Below are positions 38,070 through 48,500 of a DNA stretch of 64,000 nucleotides, in pieces. A program made the position numbers and the translations under genes. Positions within the stretch are counted from its first letter, which is position 1; each line of letters begins with the position of its first letter. The notes under the pieces are model-generated. The model had not been told where the DNA came from. It saw only the letters and a program-made list of their open reading frames with translations, and did not search any database. The DNA comes from an uncultured bacterium (GTDB lineage: Bacteria; Oederibacteriota; JAAXVQ01; JAUVAV01): contig CAVQBK010000003.1 in assembly GCA_963710755.1 (NCBI GenBank), positions 1,344,001 to 1,408,000 of the forward strand, given 5' to 3'.

Positions 38070-39098
38070 TTATTGCGGCAAACCCGCTGTTATGATTTTT
38101 TGATGAGCAGCTTTAAAACTGATCAACTTTTTCGCTTCCTCGTCCCACAAGGCCAGTCGCAGGGATTTAAAACCCGACCTGAATGTGATGGGTTCAAGCT
38201 GATGAAGCTCGGGCACCTGGTCATAGCATGCTTTCAAGTTATAACAGGGAATCCTGGGTTTTAAGTGATGAAGGTTGTGATAGCCAATGTTTCCGGTCGT
38301 CCACCGTAGGATGCCGGGCAGTTTATAAAACGAAGCGCCTTTAACGGCCGCGATGATTAAATCCCAGTTCTCCTGGTGACTCCAATAAACATCTTCAAAC
38401 TGGTGCTGGATATAAAAGAGCCACATCCCAACAGGCGTAGCCAGCAACAGGATGGGGAGCTGTACGGCCAGGTAATGTTTAAGGCCCACTGTGGCCGAAG
38501 CACCCCAAATGATCAACACCAGCACCACGTCGGTAATCGCGATGCTAAAATAGTCCTTCCGGCGAGTGCTTTTTTGGGGGAAACGGTACATGACGGCAAA
38601 TAGGAACGGAGGGGCAACCAGGAAAAGGAAAAACGGATTTCGAAAAAAACGGTATTTCCATCTGGTCAAAAACCCGGCCGCGCAGTATTCTTGAAAAGTC
38701 ATGGTCCAAATATCTCCGGTGCCGCGCTTGTCCAGATTGGCGACATTGGCATGATGGTGGCCGTGGTTCCTCTGCCAGTCGAAAAAAGGCGTTAGTGTAA
38801 TGATCCCGCAAAGATGTCCCAAAAAGTAACTGAGGTTTTTTGAACCCCAAAAAGACAGATGCGAACAATCGTGTAAAATGATAAAAATACGGATGTAAAA
38901 GGCGGTGGCGGGAATTACCAGAACCCAAACCAACCAGATGGGAAATCCTTTTTCCAAAAGCACCAACATCGCAGACCAAAGGAATAAATAGGGTACCAAT
39001 GAGGTGAAAATATAAATCAGGGAACTAGTCCTATTGGGCAGGGCAAAAGGCTTCAATTTGTCAAACCAATCCGGCCGGTTCACTGGAGATTCTCCCAC
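38070..39098 (-). CDS. Membrane fatty acid desaturase (Bacillus Des-like)
   Basis: His boxes HDCSH, HGHHH, HNLHH; QHQFE; TM segments. Confidence 0.92.
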   Translation of the reverse strand: MGESPVNRPDWFDKLKPFALPNRTSSLIYIFTSLVPYLFLWSAMLVLLEKGFPIWLVWVLVIPATAFYIRIFIILHDCSHLSFWGSKNLSYFLGHLCGIITLTPFFDWQRNHGHHHANVANLDKRGTGDIWTMTFQEYCAAGFLTRWKYRFFRNPFFLFLVAPPFLFAVMYRFPQKSTRRKDYFSIAITDVVLVLIIWGASATVGLKHYLAVQLPILLLATPVGMWLFYIQHQFEDVYWSHQENWDLIIAAVKGASFYKLPGILRWTTGNIGYHNLHHLKPRIPCYNLKACYDQVPELHQLEPITFRSGFKSLRLALWDEEAKKLISFKAAHQKIITAGLPQ

Positions 39099-39288
39099 CT
39101 CGGCGCGGCTCTTAAGCCGGAAAACAATGAAAAAAGCAAACGCCGCAACAAGCTGCTGGTGAATGATTATCCGACATTACGCCTCACGATCATCCGAGGA
39201 ATTCACTCACATTAGCTAAATGGTACCAGCCCCAGACGCATCAATCAAGCCGTTTTATTGCGCCAAGAACAGAGAATAGGGGACGTTG

Positions 39289-39423
39289 TGATCTTCCCCC
39301 GAAAAAGTGGACACGACGTTACGCCACACTGCCGACTTTTTCAAACTCACCTGGGCTCAAATAGCCCAGTGTTGAGTTCGGCCGCCAATAATTGTAAAAC
39401 ATCTCGATGTACTCAAACATGGA
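39289..39423 (-). mobile_element. IS3-family right-end remnant
   Basis: Minus strand MFEYIEMFYNYWRPNSTLGYLSPGEFE..* followed by IR-like GTGTCCACTTTTTCGGGGGAAGATCA. Confidence 0.8.
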
Positions 39424-39430
39424 AGCCGAA

Positions 39431-39690
39431 GGGGACGGACTTACTTAATAACCTATTGACATCATGAAGAGGCAATAGTAGTCCACGGCCATGCCTCGAC
39501 AAGCGCGCATTGACACCCCAGGGTTATTACAGCACATCCTCAGCCGTGGCCTGGATCGGCGTAAGACATTTAAACCGCTGCTGACTATTATGATTTCCTC
39601 CAACGTATCGAAAGCAATCTTCCTAAATCTCCGAATCAACTATTAGCCTGGGCGCTCATGCCCAATCATTTTCATTTGCTTATTTGTGAG
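39431..39690 (+). pseudogene. Second-family RAYT-like element: left end plus frameshifted, truncated transposase
   Basis: GGGGACGGAC end; ATG 39491 MPRQARIDTPGLLQHILSRGLDRR, frameshift, ..LLAWALMPNHFHLLI. Confidence 0.85.
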
Positions 39691-40471
39691 GACAAGCCAA
39701 TCAGGCTGTTCTAATAGCTAATTCGACCTTGAGCTTGAGGTCACTATCGTTGGAAAAGCGGGGGCACCAGGTTCGAAACTCGTCCACTCGGCTCCGCTGA
39801 AGATTTAAGATAAAATGAAAACGATAATCATCCGTATAGCGCGATGACAATAAATATTGGTTGCGCTCTTTTCTCGCACGGTAGGGTCGCGGCGGGTTAA
39901 TATTTTGAAGCAAATCTGTTTTATCTCTCCTATTGCTTGTTCCTCTGTCAATTCCGGTATTATACCCCAGTACAATTGCTTAACAGATGATCTTCCCATG
40001 TAATAGAAGCACAGAGCTCGAGGTCCGGTAAAATACGACTTCAGCAGCGCGAGAAGAAGTCGTAAACCGTACAAGCGGCCATCAACTTTAGCTTAGGCGG
40101 CCCAGTGGAGCCTGGGAAAGGAGCCTTAAAAAAAACGAAGTCATTGGTTCTTTATAGCAACCGCGTGGCGGGGTATGCCTAGGCAATACCGGTTGGCCAC
40201 CATCGGAACAGGTGAGACGAGGCCGGCTGGGTCATAGCCGATAGACAAGGATACTAACTCGAAAGAAGCTCATGCCAACATGCGGAAATTTATCGAGGTG
40301 TTGTGAAATAGCCCCTTTGACTTTGGGAATGAAAAGAGCATGGGCGTGAAACTCGCAAAGAGTCTTTTGGGAGGAGAGAGAGCAGAAGTTGTCTTGAGTA
40401 ATAATGTTATTTTAGTTTAAAGGCGGTTAAAGGTTCAGTAATCCAAAAAATAATATGAAGGGAGAAATACC

Positions 40472-40651
40472 ATGGATTCCAGCACGAGGAGCAAGTCACA
40501 AGGCAGAGATCACCAAGCTAGAGGCAGGGCCAAGGAAATGATGGGTGAAATCACCGACAATCCAAAGTTGAAGGCAAAAGGAAAAATTGAAAGGATGGCC
40601 GGTAAAGTTCAGGAAAAAATTGGTCAGACCAAGGCGGTTTTTGGTAAGTAG
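40472..40651 (+). CDS. CsbD-family stress protein (59 aa, absent from ORF track)
   Basis: ..RGRAKEMMGEITDNPKLKAKGKIERMAGKVQEKIGQTK; GGGAG RBS. Confidence 0.85.
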   Translation: MDSSTRSKSQGRDHQARGRAKEMMGEITDNPKLKAKGKIERMAGKVQEKIGQTKAVFGK

Positions 40652-40960
40652 CGAGTGCTAAGTAACATGGGGGGCAATGCCACCCCTGGAAGTTGTATGA
40701 GGTGGCATTGCCTCTGGGCGGCGAAGCTGAAAAACGATCCGTGGCGAAGGCCGGGCGTTATAGGAGGCACAGAATGGCCAAGAGAAGCCAGGGCGCAGAA
40801 TGACTGCAGCCGCACGAAGTGCTGTAAAAAGATCAAGAAAAAAGGATTGGCCAAGGGTTGCACAACCAACCGGCATAGTTTGAAGACTTAAAAAAAGAGT
40901 TGCATGATACAAGGTCATGCGGTGAAACAAACACGAAATCAAATTTCAAAGGAGGGTTCA

Positions 40961-41326
40961 ATGAGACTTGTATCCAAACACGGAATTGTAATATTGGCCG
41001 TAGCTGTTGTCGCCACTGCATTTGCAGTAGGATGTTCACGAGCTCCACTGCGCACAGAAGCATCTACGTCGGGGATTCGCGCCGCTGAAGAGGCAGGGGC
41101 GGCAAAAGTACCCCGAGCCTCACTACATTTGCAATTGGCCAAGGAGCAATTGGAAGCCGCCCGAGCGCTGTCCGCGAAAGGAGAAAAGGACAAGGCTGTC
41201 TCGATGCTTTCACGAGCCGAAGCAGACGCTGAGCTGGCGGTTACGCTCTCCCGCGGGGATGTCGAGAAAAGGGAAGCCCAGGCAGCGGTAGCTCGAGTAC
41301 GCCAACTCCAGCAAGAAAACCCATGA
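40961..41326 (+). CDS. DUF4398 lipoprotein
   Basis: Lipobox AVGC; IRAAEEAGA, LQLAKEQL, RAEADAELA; GGAGG RBS. Confidence 0.8.
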   Translation: MRLVSKHGIVILAVAVVATAFAVGCSRAPLRTEASTSGIRAAEEAGAAKVPRASLHLQLAKEQLEAARALSAKGEKDKAVSMLSRAEADAELAVTLSRGDVEKREAQAAVARVRQLQQENP

Positions 41327-41355
41327 TCCAATAGACAATCCTAAAGGGGGAAGTT

Positions 41356-42195
41356 ATGAAAACAATTGAATATTTGACCCTGGTCGCATCCATCGTGCTC
41401 TTCGCCGGCTGCGCATCCATGCCGCCCAAGGAACTAGTCAACGCCCGTTCGGCCTATCAACAAGCGAGCGAAGGTCCGGCCGCACAACTCGTGCCTGCGG
41501 AATTACACAAGGCACATGAGGCACTCGTTTTGGCGGAAAAATCATTCCAGAAAGAACCTGATTCGTATAAAACCAAAGATCTTGCTTATGTCGCCCAGCG
41601 CAAAGCTGAACAGGCGGGAGCGCTCGGCGCTATGGCAGTCGATGTGACAAAAAAGGAAAATGCAAACGTCGCTTTCCATGAAAAACAAACCACAATCATG
41701 GAGCAAGGGAAGCAGGACTTGAGGGCTGCCGAGAAGCAGGCGGCAGCGCAGGACTTGCGTGATTCCGAGCAGCGGACCGCTGATGCGTTGGCGAAACTTG
41801 CCACGCTCGCTGCCATGAAAGAGGAGAAGCGCGGATTGGTCCTTACACTTTCTGGAAATGTCCTCTTTAGATCCAACGAGGCGATTTTGATGTCCTCTGC
41901 ACAAAAAAAGCTTGATCAGGTAGCCAATGCACTCCTGGAAGTTGGTGCGCGCAATCTCATTGTGGAGGGGCACACCGATTCCCAGGGTACAGTGGCTTAC
42001 AATCAAGCTCTTTCGCAACGCCGGGCCGAGGCGGTGCGTGATTATCTTATAAGCAGAAAATATCCATCCAATAGTATCGTGGCAAAAGGGATGGGTGAGG
42101 CCAGTCCGATTGCCGACAACGCTTCGGCCGAGGGGCGCGCCAATAACCGCCGCGTCGAGATCATTATCAAAAGTGATGTGAAGGCAACAAATTAG
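41356..42195 (+). CDS. OmpA-family lipoprotein with DUF4398 N-terminus
   Basis: Lipobox FAGC; RGLVLTL, EGHTDSQG, NQALSQRRA, GRANNRRVEI. Confidence 0.9.
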   Translation: MKTIEYLTLVASIVLFAGCASMPPKELVNARSAYQQASEGPAAQLVPAELHKAHEALVLAEKSFQKEPDSYKTKDLAYVAQRKAEQAGALGAMAVDVTKKENANVAFHEKQTTIMEQGKQDLRAAEKQAAAQDLRDSEQRTADALAKLATLAAMKEEKRGLVLTLSGNVLFRSNEAILMSSAQKKLDQVANALLEVGARNLIVEGHTDSQGTVAYNQALSQRRAEAVRDYLISRKYPSNSIVAKGMGEASPIADNASAEGRANNRRVEIIIKSDVKATN

Positions 42196-42392
42196 CTGGC
42201 AAGGTTAGTCAGTGCTATATGCTGATGAAACAAATTGCCTGCCTATGGTAATTAATTGGTGCCGGAGTTGGATGGTTAGATTAAGCAAATCGCATTCTAT
42301 TATTCTAACTCCGGCACCAAAGACATAAAGTGGGGGCGGTTTTTGGAGGGTGGTAAAAAAAGATGGTAAGTAACCTAAGCCTCAAGGAGGCA

Positions 42393-42917
42393 ATGATGAA
42401 AAAAATTATCGCAATTACAAGCCTGGCGGCAATACTGCTGGCTGTAAGTCCCACGTTTGCTTTGGAAGGTATTGCGGATGAACCCGACAATCATCTTAGT
42501 CAGGTGGAGACCGAAATTCATGCAGTTTTAGGGATCAACAATCTGGGGGCTGGAATTCGTATTAATTTTCCGGTATTGAAACAAGGATTCATCAATGATC
42601 TTAACAACAGCGTGGCTATCAACTTAGGGGCAGACTTCTTGAATTGGACAGCCAGTGATTATAACGTTACGGGGGTGGTGGTTCCGGTTATGCTGCAGTG
42701 GAATTTTTATCTCACCCGCGACTGGTCCCTTTTCGCGGAAGGCGGCGTTGCTTTCCAAAATTGGTTTAGCCGTCGGGCCAGCGGCGATGACCAGACCTTT
42801 TTCTTTTGGCCGGGAATGAGCCTGGGTGGCCGTTATTATTTGAATTCCGCCAATTATCCGGCCTTGGTCATGCGGATAGGATATCCAAGCGGGCTGACCC
42901 TCGGGATCAGTTTTTAA
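42393..42917 (+). CDS. Probable small outer-membrane beta-barrel protein
   Basis: Signal peptide, alternating aromatic beta-strands, C-terminal Phe (GISF); AAGGAGG RBS. Confidence 0.65.
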   Translation: MMKKIIAITSLAAILLAVSPTFALEGIADEPDNHLSQVETEIHAVLGINNLGAGIRINFPVLKQGFINDLNNSVAINLGADFLNWTASDYNVTGVVVPVMLQWNFYLTRDWSLFAEGGVAFQNWFSRRASGDDQTFFFWPGMSLGGRYYLNSANYPALVMRIGYPSGLTLGISF

Positions 42918-43427
42918 AAGGAATTATATTTACATCCCAGCCGAGTCTATCATGGCGAGCGTAGAGTTTTAGCGTTGATAATAAAGGCTTGTCACGCGAT
43001 GCCCATTCACAATTTGGACACTAAGGTATTTGTACGAAAAATCAAAAGGGAAGGCAAATGATAAAAATGAATCTAACAGCATAGATGCCGGCAGCGGTCC
43101 TAAGCATTTACCAGGAATAACAGCGGCTGACCGACTTCCTTTGAGCAGGCTGCCGCTAGGACAGGCACACTAGGCGTGAGGTTAATGCCGATGGGAACAA
43201 GAAAAGGATTTCAAAGATGGTGATAAAGGATAGGATGAAGTCCACGTCGACAGGTACAGTCATTGAGAAATCCCGTCGGCCGCAGCGGGAATGATATCCG
43301 GCTACCATGTTTTAGGCAAACGGTCTTGGGCATGAGCGTTGAGAATTTGATGCCAAGCAAGCCGAGTGTTGTAGGGCGGCAGTGGTCCGCCTGAGTTATC
43401 CCAAATTCATGGCAAAGGAGAAATAAA

Positions 43428-43574
43428 ATGCTTTTAACCATCGCAGCCATCCTGATTGTCCTCTGGCTTTTGGGTATTATCACCTCTTACACTATGGGAG
43501 GAATTATTCATGTCCTATTAGTCATCGCGATCGTGGTGGTGCTGATTCGAGTCATTAAAGGCCGGCACCTATAG
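43428..43574 (+). CDS. lmo0937/DUF5670-family small membrane protein (48 aa, absent from ORF track)
   Basis: MLLTIAAILIVLWLLG..YTMGGIIHVLLVIAIVVVLIRVIKGR; AAGGAG RBS. Confidence 0.85.
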   Translation: MLLTIAAILIVLWLLGIITSYTMGGIIHVLLVIAIVVVLIRVIKGRHL

Positions 43575-43958
43575 CGATTTGAAATGAAGTAGCGGGTATT
43601 CATCATGGCAACCGCTTTAACCTGGGAAGATTTTTATTGCCTCGCCTCAATCAGCACTTTCGCAAGAAACAGAACCCCAATCCCGGAAATGAACTAGGGG
43701 AACTCCAGGGGAAAACTAATCAACTAACCTTTGACAATAGGCATGCCTACTTGGACCATATTCCGCGATTAGGGAGAGAAAAACGAGAATGGCAAAATAG
43801 CAATCGAAAATTAATTCTATCTCTGTTCTTAAAAAGATTGCATCTGTCTTGAAAAGAGAAAAGGTGTTAAAGTAATCTGGTGGTTGATCTGGAAATCGAA
43901 AAGGGTTCATTTTTAATATTGTCAGTTTGCCCAGCTCATTGGAAACGGAGAGGATGCT

Positions 43959-44873
43959 ATGCTTGATCCCTACAAAACACTCGGTGTTTCACAAGATGCG
44001 ACTGATGAAGAAATAAAAAATGCTTACCGAAAATTAGCCAAAAAACATCATCCCGACGTTAACCTGGGCAAGGCCGATGCGGCTCATCAATTCAAGGAAA
44101 TCAGTGCGGCCTATAAGCTGATCGAAACCAAAGCAATGAGAGAAAAATATAAGCAAGGTCAGTTTGCTGGGGGGGCGCCAGATCAGGCCGGTAGGAGAGG
44201 GCCATTTTATCGGGAAACCCAAGCAGCCGGGAACCGCTATAGCCAAGCGCATGCCCAAGATTTTCAGGATATTTTCAGCTCGATTTTCGGCGGGCAGGCA
44301 AAGGCCAACACTATTGATATTCCAGGAGAGGATTATCTATTCACTCTGGAGATCGATTTGCAGGATGCGGTGCTGGGATGCGAAAAAGATATTAACCTTA
44401 AGCCCGGGAAACCGCTTTTGCTTAAAATACCTCCCGGCGTGGATACGGGGACAAAACTTAGGCTTGCCGGTCAAGGGGGGCCTGGTTTTGGCAATGGAAA
44501 ACCGGGGGATGCTTATGTGGAAATTAAGCTGCGTCCCTCGAAAATATTCCGCCGGGAAGGGTCCAACTTGTTAATCGAGGTTCCCGTAAGCCTCGGGGAG
44601 GTCGTCAATGGAGCGGAAATACAAGTTCCAACCATTGAAGGGCCGGTCATGATGAAAATTCCACCAGGCATGGACACGGCCAAAAAACTAAGCCTGAGAA
44701 ATAAAGGATTTCCGGATAAAGAGAACAACCACAGGGGTGACCTGCTTGTGGAACTGAGAGTGATTATGCCGCCAACCCAGGATCAGAATTTTAAGGATTT
44801 TATTCAAGAGTGGGTGCGTAAAAATCCATATAACCCGCGCAAACAATTTGATATGACGGGAGGGCGAGGGTAA
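43959..44873 (+). CDS. cbpA: DnaJ class-II co-chaperone (CbpA-like)
   Basis: J-domain with HPD, G/F region, C-terminal domain without zinc finger; coupled to a CbpM-like gene. Confidence 0.8.
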   Translation: MLDPYKTLGVSQDATDEEIKNAYRKLAKKHHPDVNLGKADAAHQFKEISAAYKLIETKAMREKYKQGQFAGGAPDQAGRRGPFYRETQAAGNRYSQAHAQDFQDIFSSIFGGQAKANTIDIPGEDYLFTLEIDLQDAVLGCEKDINLKPGKPLLLKIPPGVDTGTKLRLAGQGGPGFGNGKPGDAYVEIKLRPSKIFRREGSNLLIEVPVSLGEVVNGAEIQVPTIEGPVMMKIPPGMDTAKKLSLRNKGFPDKENNHRGDLLVELRVIMPPTQDQNFKDFIQEWVRKNPYNPRKQFDMTGGRG

Positions 44874-45154
44874 TGCAGGTATATCATTATAAGGAAGTTA
44901 TTCAAACCTATCAAATCAGCGAGGAATTTCTCCGGGAATGTCTGCAAAACCAGTGGGTCGAGCCTTTGGATAAAGAAGCGGAAAAGCTGGCGCAGGAAGA
45001 TGTTGCCCGGTTGCTGCTTATTCGCGATCTAATGGAAGACATGGGGGTCAACGATGAATCGGTCCCGGTTATTCTGGATTTGATTGATCAAATCCATGCT
45101 TTGAAAGAAAGAGTCCAGTGGCTAGGAGAAAAAATCAAAGAAAAAATAGGCTAG
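44873..45154 (+). CDS. cbpM: Chaperone modulator CbpM-like (MerR_2)
   Basis: L..DMGVN...V.VILDLIDQI; TAATG coupling to cbpA. Confidence 0.75.
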   Translation: MQVYHYKEVIQTYQISEEFLRECLQNQWVEPLDKEAEKLAQEDVARLLLIRDLMEDMGVNDESVPVILDLIDQIHALKERVQWLGEKIKEKIG

Positions 45155-45515
45155 CGGGCACCATTATGGACAAGCAAGTGCCACAGCTTGCTGCGCCGAG
45201 GTTTATGACGCAAACTCCTACCTGGCTATGGTTCCTCTAACAGAAAAAAGGCAACGGCGGATTTCGCTATCGTAAAAACTGCCGGAAAACAGGTTTTCGA
45301 TGCGGAATCACCATTAAGGTCAACGAGGACATTGAAATTCAAATCCTCTTTGAGAGCTGTGACAACGAAAACCGGGCTGAGCGATGCTGAGTTGGTGTTT
45401 ATATGATTTGTTACTGGTGGTTGGTTCGAGGCTGCGAACACGAGATAAAAAGCAGCGAGCATGGATTCGGAGTAAGTGCATCCCCAAAAAAGAATTTCGG
45501 AGATTGGGAAAACCT

Positions 45516-48500
45516 ATGAACGAAAGCATCAGGGATAAAATTAAAAATTTACTCCTGTTTAAAATTCGCTCTAGGCCTCAGGAAACGGCGCGGGATTTGA
45601 GCAATGAGCAGCCCTTGCAAGCGGAGCTGTTCAGTCTCGAACAAATGGCGGAATTCGCCAAAAGTTTGGCCAGGTGGCATGAACTTGAAAAAACGCGTGG
45701 TCCGGACCGCCTGCTACCTCGGCTGAATGAGAACGAAAAGCTGCTTTTGGAAGCTTACCAACTGCTTCAGGACGAGGCTGCGAAAAAAACACCCCTGCTG
45801 CCCGCTGATGAATGGTTCCTGGATAATTTCCACCTCATTGAAGAGCAAATCCGCCTAGCTCGCAAACATCTACCCAAATCTTTCAGCCGCGAATTGCCCA
45901 CGCTTACAATCGGTAAGACCGCAGGATTTCCAAGGGTTTACGATATGGCCCTGGAGATCATTGCCCATGGCGACGGCCGGGTGGAAGCCGGCAGTTTGAG
46001 CGCATTTGTAGATGCTTATCAAAGTCTGGTCACGTTAAAACTGGGCGAATTGTGGGCTATTCCCATCATGCTCCGGCTGGCTTTGATTGAAAACCTGCGG
46101 CGTGTGGCGACACACATCACGGCGGGAAAATTGGACCGCAGACTGGCGGGCTTTTGGGCCAACCGCATGATCACGGTCGTAGAAAAAGATCCCAAAAACC
46201 TGGTGCTTGAAATGGCGGACATGGCGCGTTCGAATCCTCCCATGTCCAGCGCGTTCGTGGCGGAGTTGGCCCGCCGGTTTCAAGGACAGGGGCCGAACCT
46301 GGTCTTGCCCTTGACTTGGATTGAGCAACATTTAAGCGAAGACGGCCTCAATATCGAGCAACTTGTGGGTCTGGAAAATCAGCGGCGGGCTGAAGATCAG
46401 GTATCGGTCAGCAACAGTATTTTCAGCCTGCGTTTTATCCATGCCATGGACTGGCGCGAGTTTGTGGAAACCATGAGCCGGGTGGAGCGGATATTGAGCC
46501 GTGATCCCATGGATGCCTATCCTCGAACGGATTTTACCACACGTGACCGGTGCCGCCACCGGGTTGAAATTTTAGCCAAACGCAGCAGTTGTTCGGAAGA
46601 GACGGTTGCCACCCGAGCGCTGGAGCTTGCGCGCTCGGCGGCAAAGATTCACGGCCAGGAGGACCGCACCGCGCATGTAGGGTATTATCTGCTGAATCGC
46701 GGCCAGGCAAAGCTTGAACAGGCACTAAGACCGCGATTTACCTTGGGGGAACATTGTGAGCGGCTGGTCCTGCGGTTTGCGCTCTTTTTTTATCTTGGGG
46801 CGATAGGTGTTTTGACGTTGGGGTTTGCCGGCTTATTTCTCTGGAATATACGTGCCGCATCCCTTGGGTATTTTGGATTGGCTGCCATGCTGCTGCTCAT
46901 CGTCGCCAGCCAACCGGCGATTGACTTGGTGAATTGGTTGGTGGGTCGGCTGGTTAAACCCCGCGGCCTGCCGCGCATGGATTATTCCAAAGGTCTGCCT
47001 CCGGAAGCCTCCACCCTGGTCGTGGTTCCGTGCATCCTCTCCAATCCGCAAACCGTGGCGGGCTTGCTGGAAAACCTGGAAATATTGTACTTGGCCAACC
47101 GTGACAGCCATTTGTATTTCGGCTTGGTCACGGATTTCAAAGATGCCCCCCAGGCAACGTTGCCCGAAGATGATGCCTTGCTGGAAGCTGTGAAAGCCGG
47201 CATCAAGCACTTGCATGATCGTTATCCTTCGGAACAGGGTGCGCGATTTTATCTTTTCCACCGCCACCGCCGCTGGAACCCTCAGGAAGCATGCTGGATG
47301 GGCTGGGAACGCAAACGCGGAAAACTGGTAAATCTTAACACGATCCTGCGGAATGGGCTCCCGGAACCAGGAACCCTGATCGTGGGGGAGGCTTCTATCT
47401 TGGATCAGATGAAATACGTCATTACCCTGGACGCCGATACGCGGTTGACCTTGGATTCGGCCCGGACCTTGGTGGCCACCATGGCGCATCCACTGAACCG
47501 GCCGCGGGTAGATCCTGTGGCCAACCGGGTTGACGACGGCTATGGCATTTTGCAACCACGGATTGGAACCATCCAGGCCGATGCACGCAAATCGTGGTTT
47601 GCGCGCCTGTTTGGTGGCGAAGAGGGCATCGATCCTTACACACTGGCCGTGTCCGACACCTATCAGGATCTATTCCAGGAGGGATCGTTTGTCGGCAAAG
47701 GGATATACGACGTGGAGGCTTTTCAAAAAGTATTGGCTCATCGCTTTCCTGAAAACCGTATTCTATCCCACGATCTACTGGAAAGTGGCTATGCCCGGTC
47801 CGGACTGGTCAGCGACGTGGTGTTGTATGAAAATTATCCGGAGGATTATTTGGACGATGCCCAGCGGCGCGCCCGCTGGATCCGGGGCGATTGGCAAATT
47901 GTGCGCTGGCTGCTGCCCGGAGCGCCCGGACCCCAGGGCGTTTTACGGAATTCTTTGCGGAAGCTGTACCTTTGGAAAATATTTGATAACCTGCGCCGGT
48001 CTCTGGTCGCTCCGGCAATTCTCGGCCTATTGCTGCTGGGGTGGCTGAATTCCCCTTGGACTGGGTTGCTCACGGCCGGTGTGGTTTTGGTGTTCTTCCT
48101 GCCCTCGCTGCTCACAACGCTGGCTGCATTGATGTTTCAGAAACCGCGGGAGCTTTTGTTTGCAATGCACGTGCGTGACACCCTTCAAGAACTGGCCCGC
48201 CACTTAGGCAGGGCCATCATTCGGCTGGCATTATTAGCATTCGAAGCCTGCACCAGCTTGGAAGCGATCAGCCGAACGCTTTATCGGTTGTGGATCAGTC
48301 GCAAACACTTGCTCAATTGGACTCAGTCCAGTGATTCCGGGCACGCGGCTACGCAAAGATTTTCCGATATCTGGAAATCCATGTGGATGGCCCCCAGCTT
48401 GGCACTCCTCGCCGGAATTGTAATCGTCTGGCGCGATCCGGCATTCTTAGGCACCTCGGTTGTGGTGCTGGCGCTGTGGTTTTCATCGCCCCTGGCAGTT

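Noticed and set aside
45226-45515. Extended N-terminus of the glucan synthase from 45384, and a CsrA-like snippet (ITIKVNEDIEIQIL)
   Set aside because: Recognisable synthase sequence starts after Met 45516; the snippet has no start codon or other CsrA motifs
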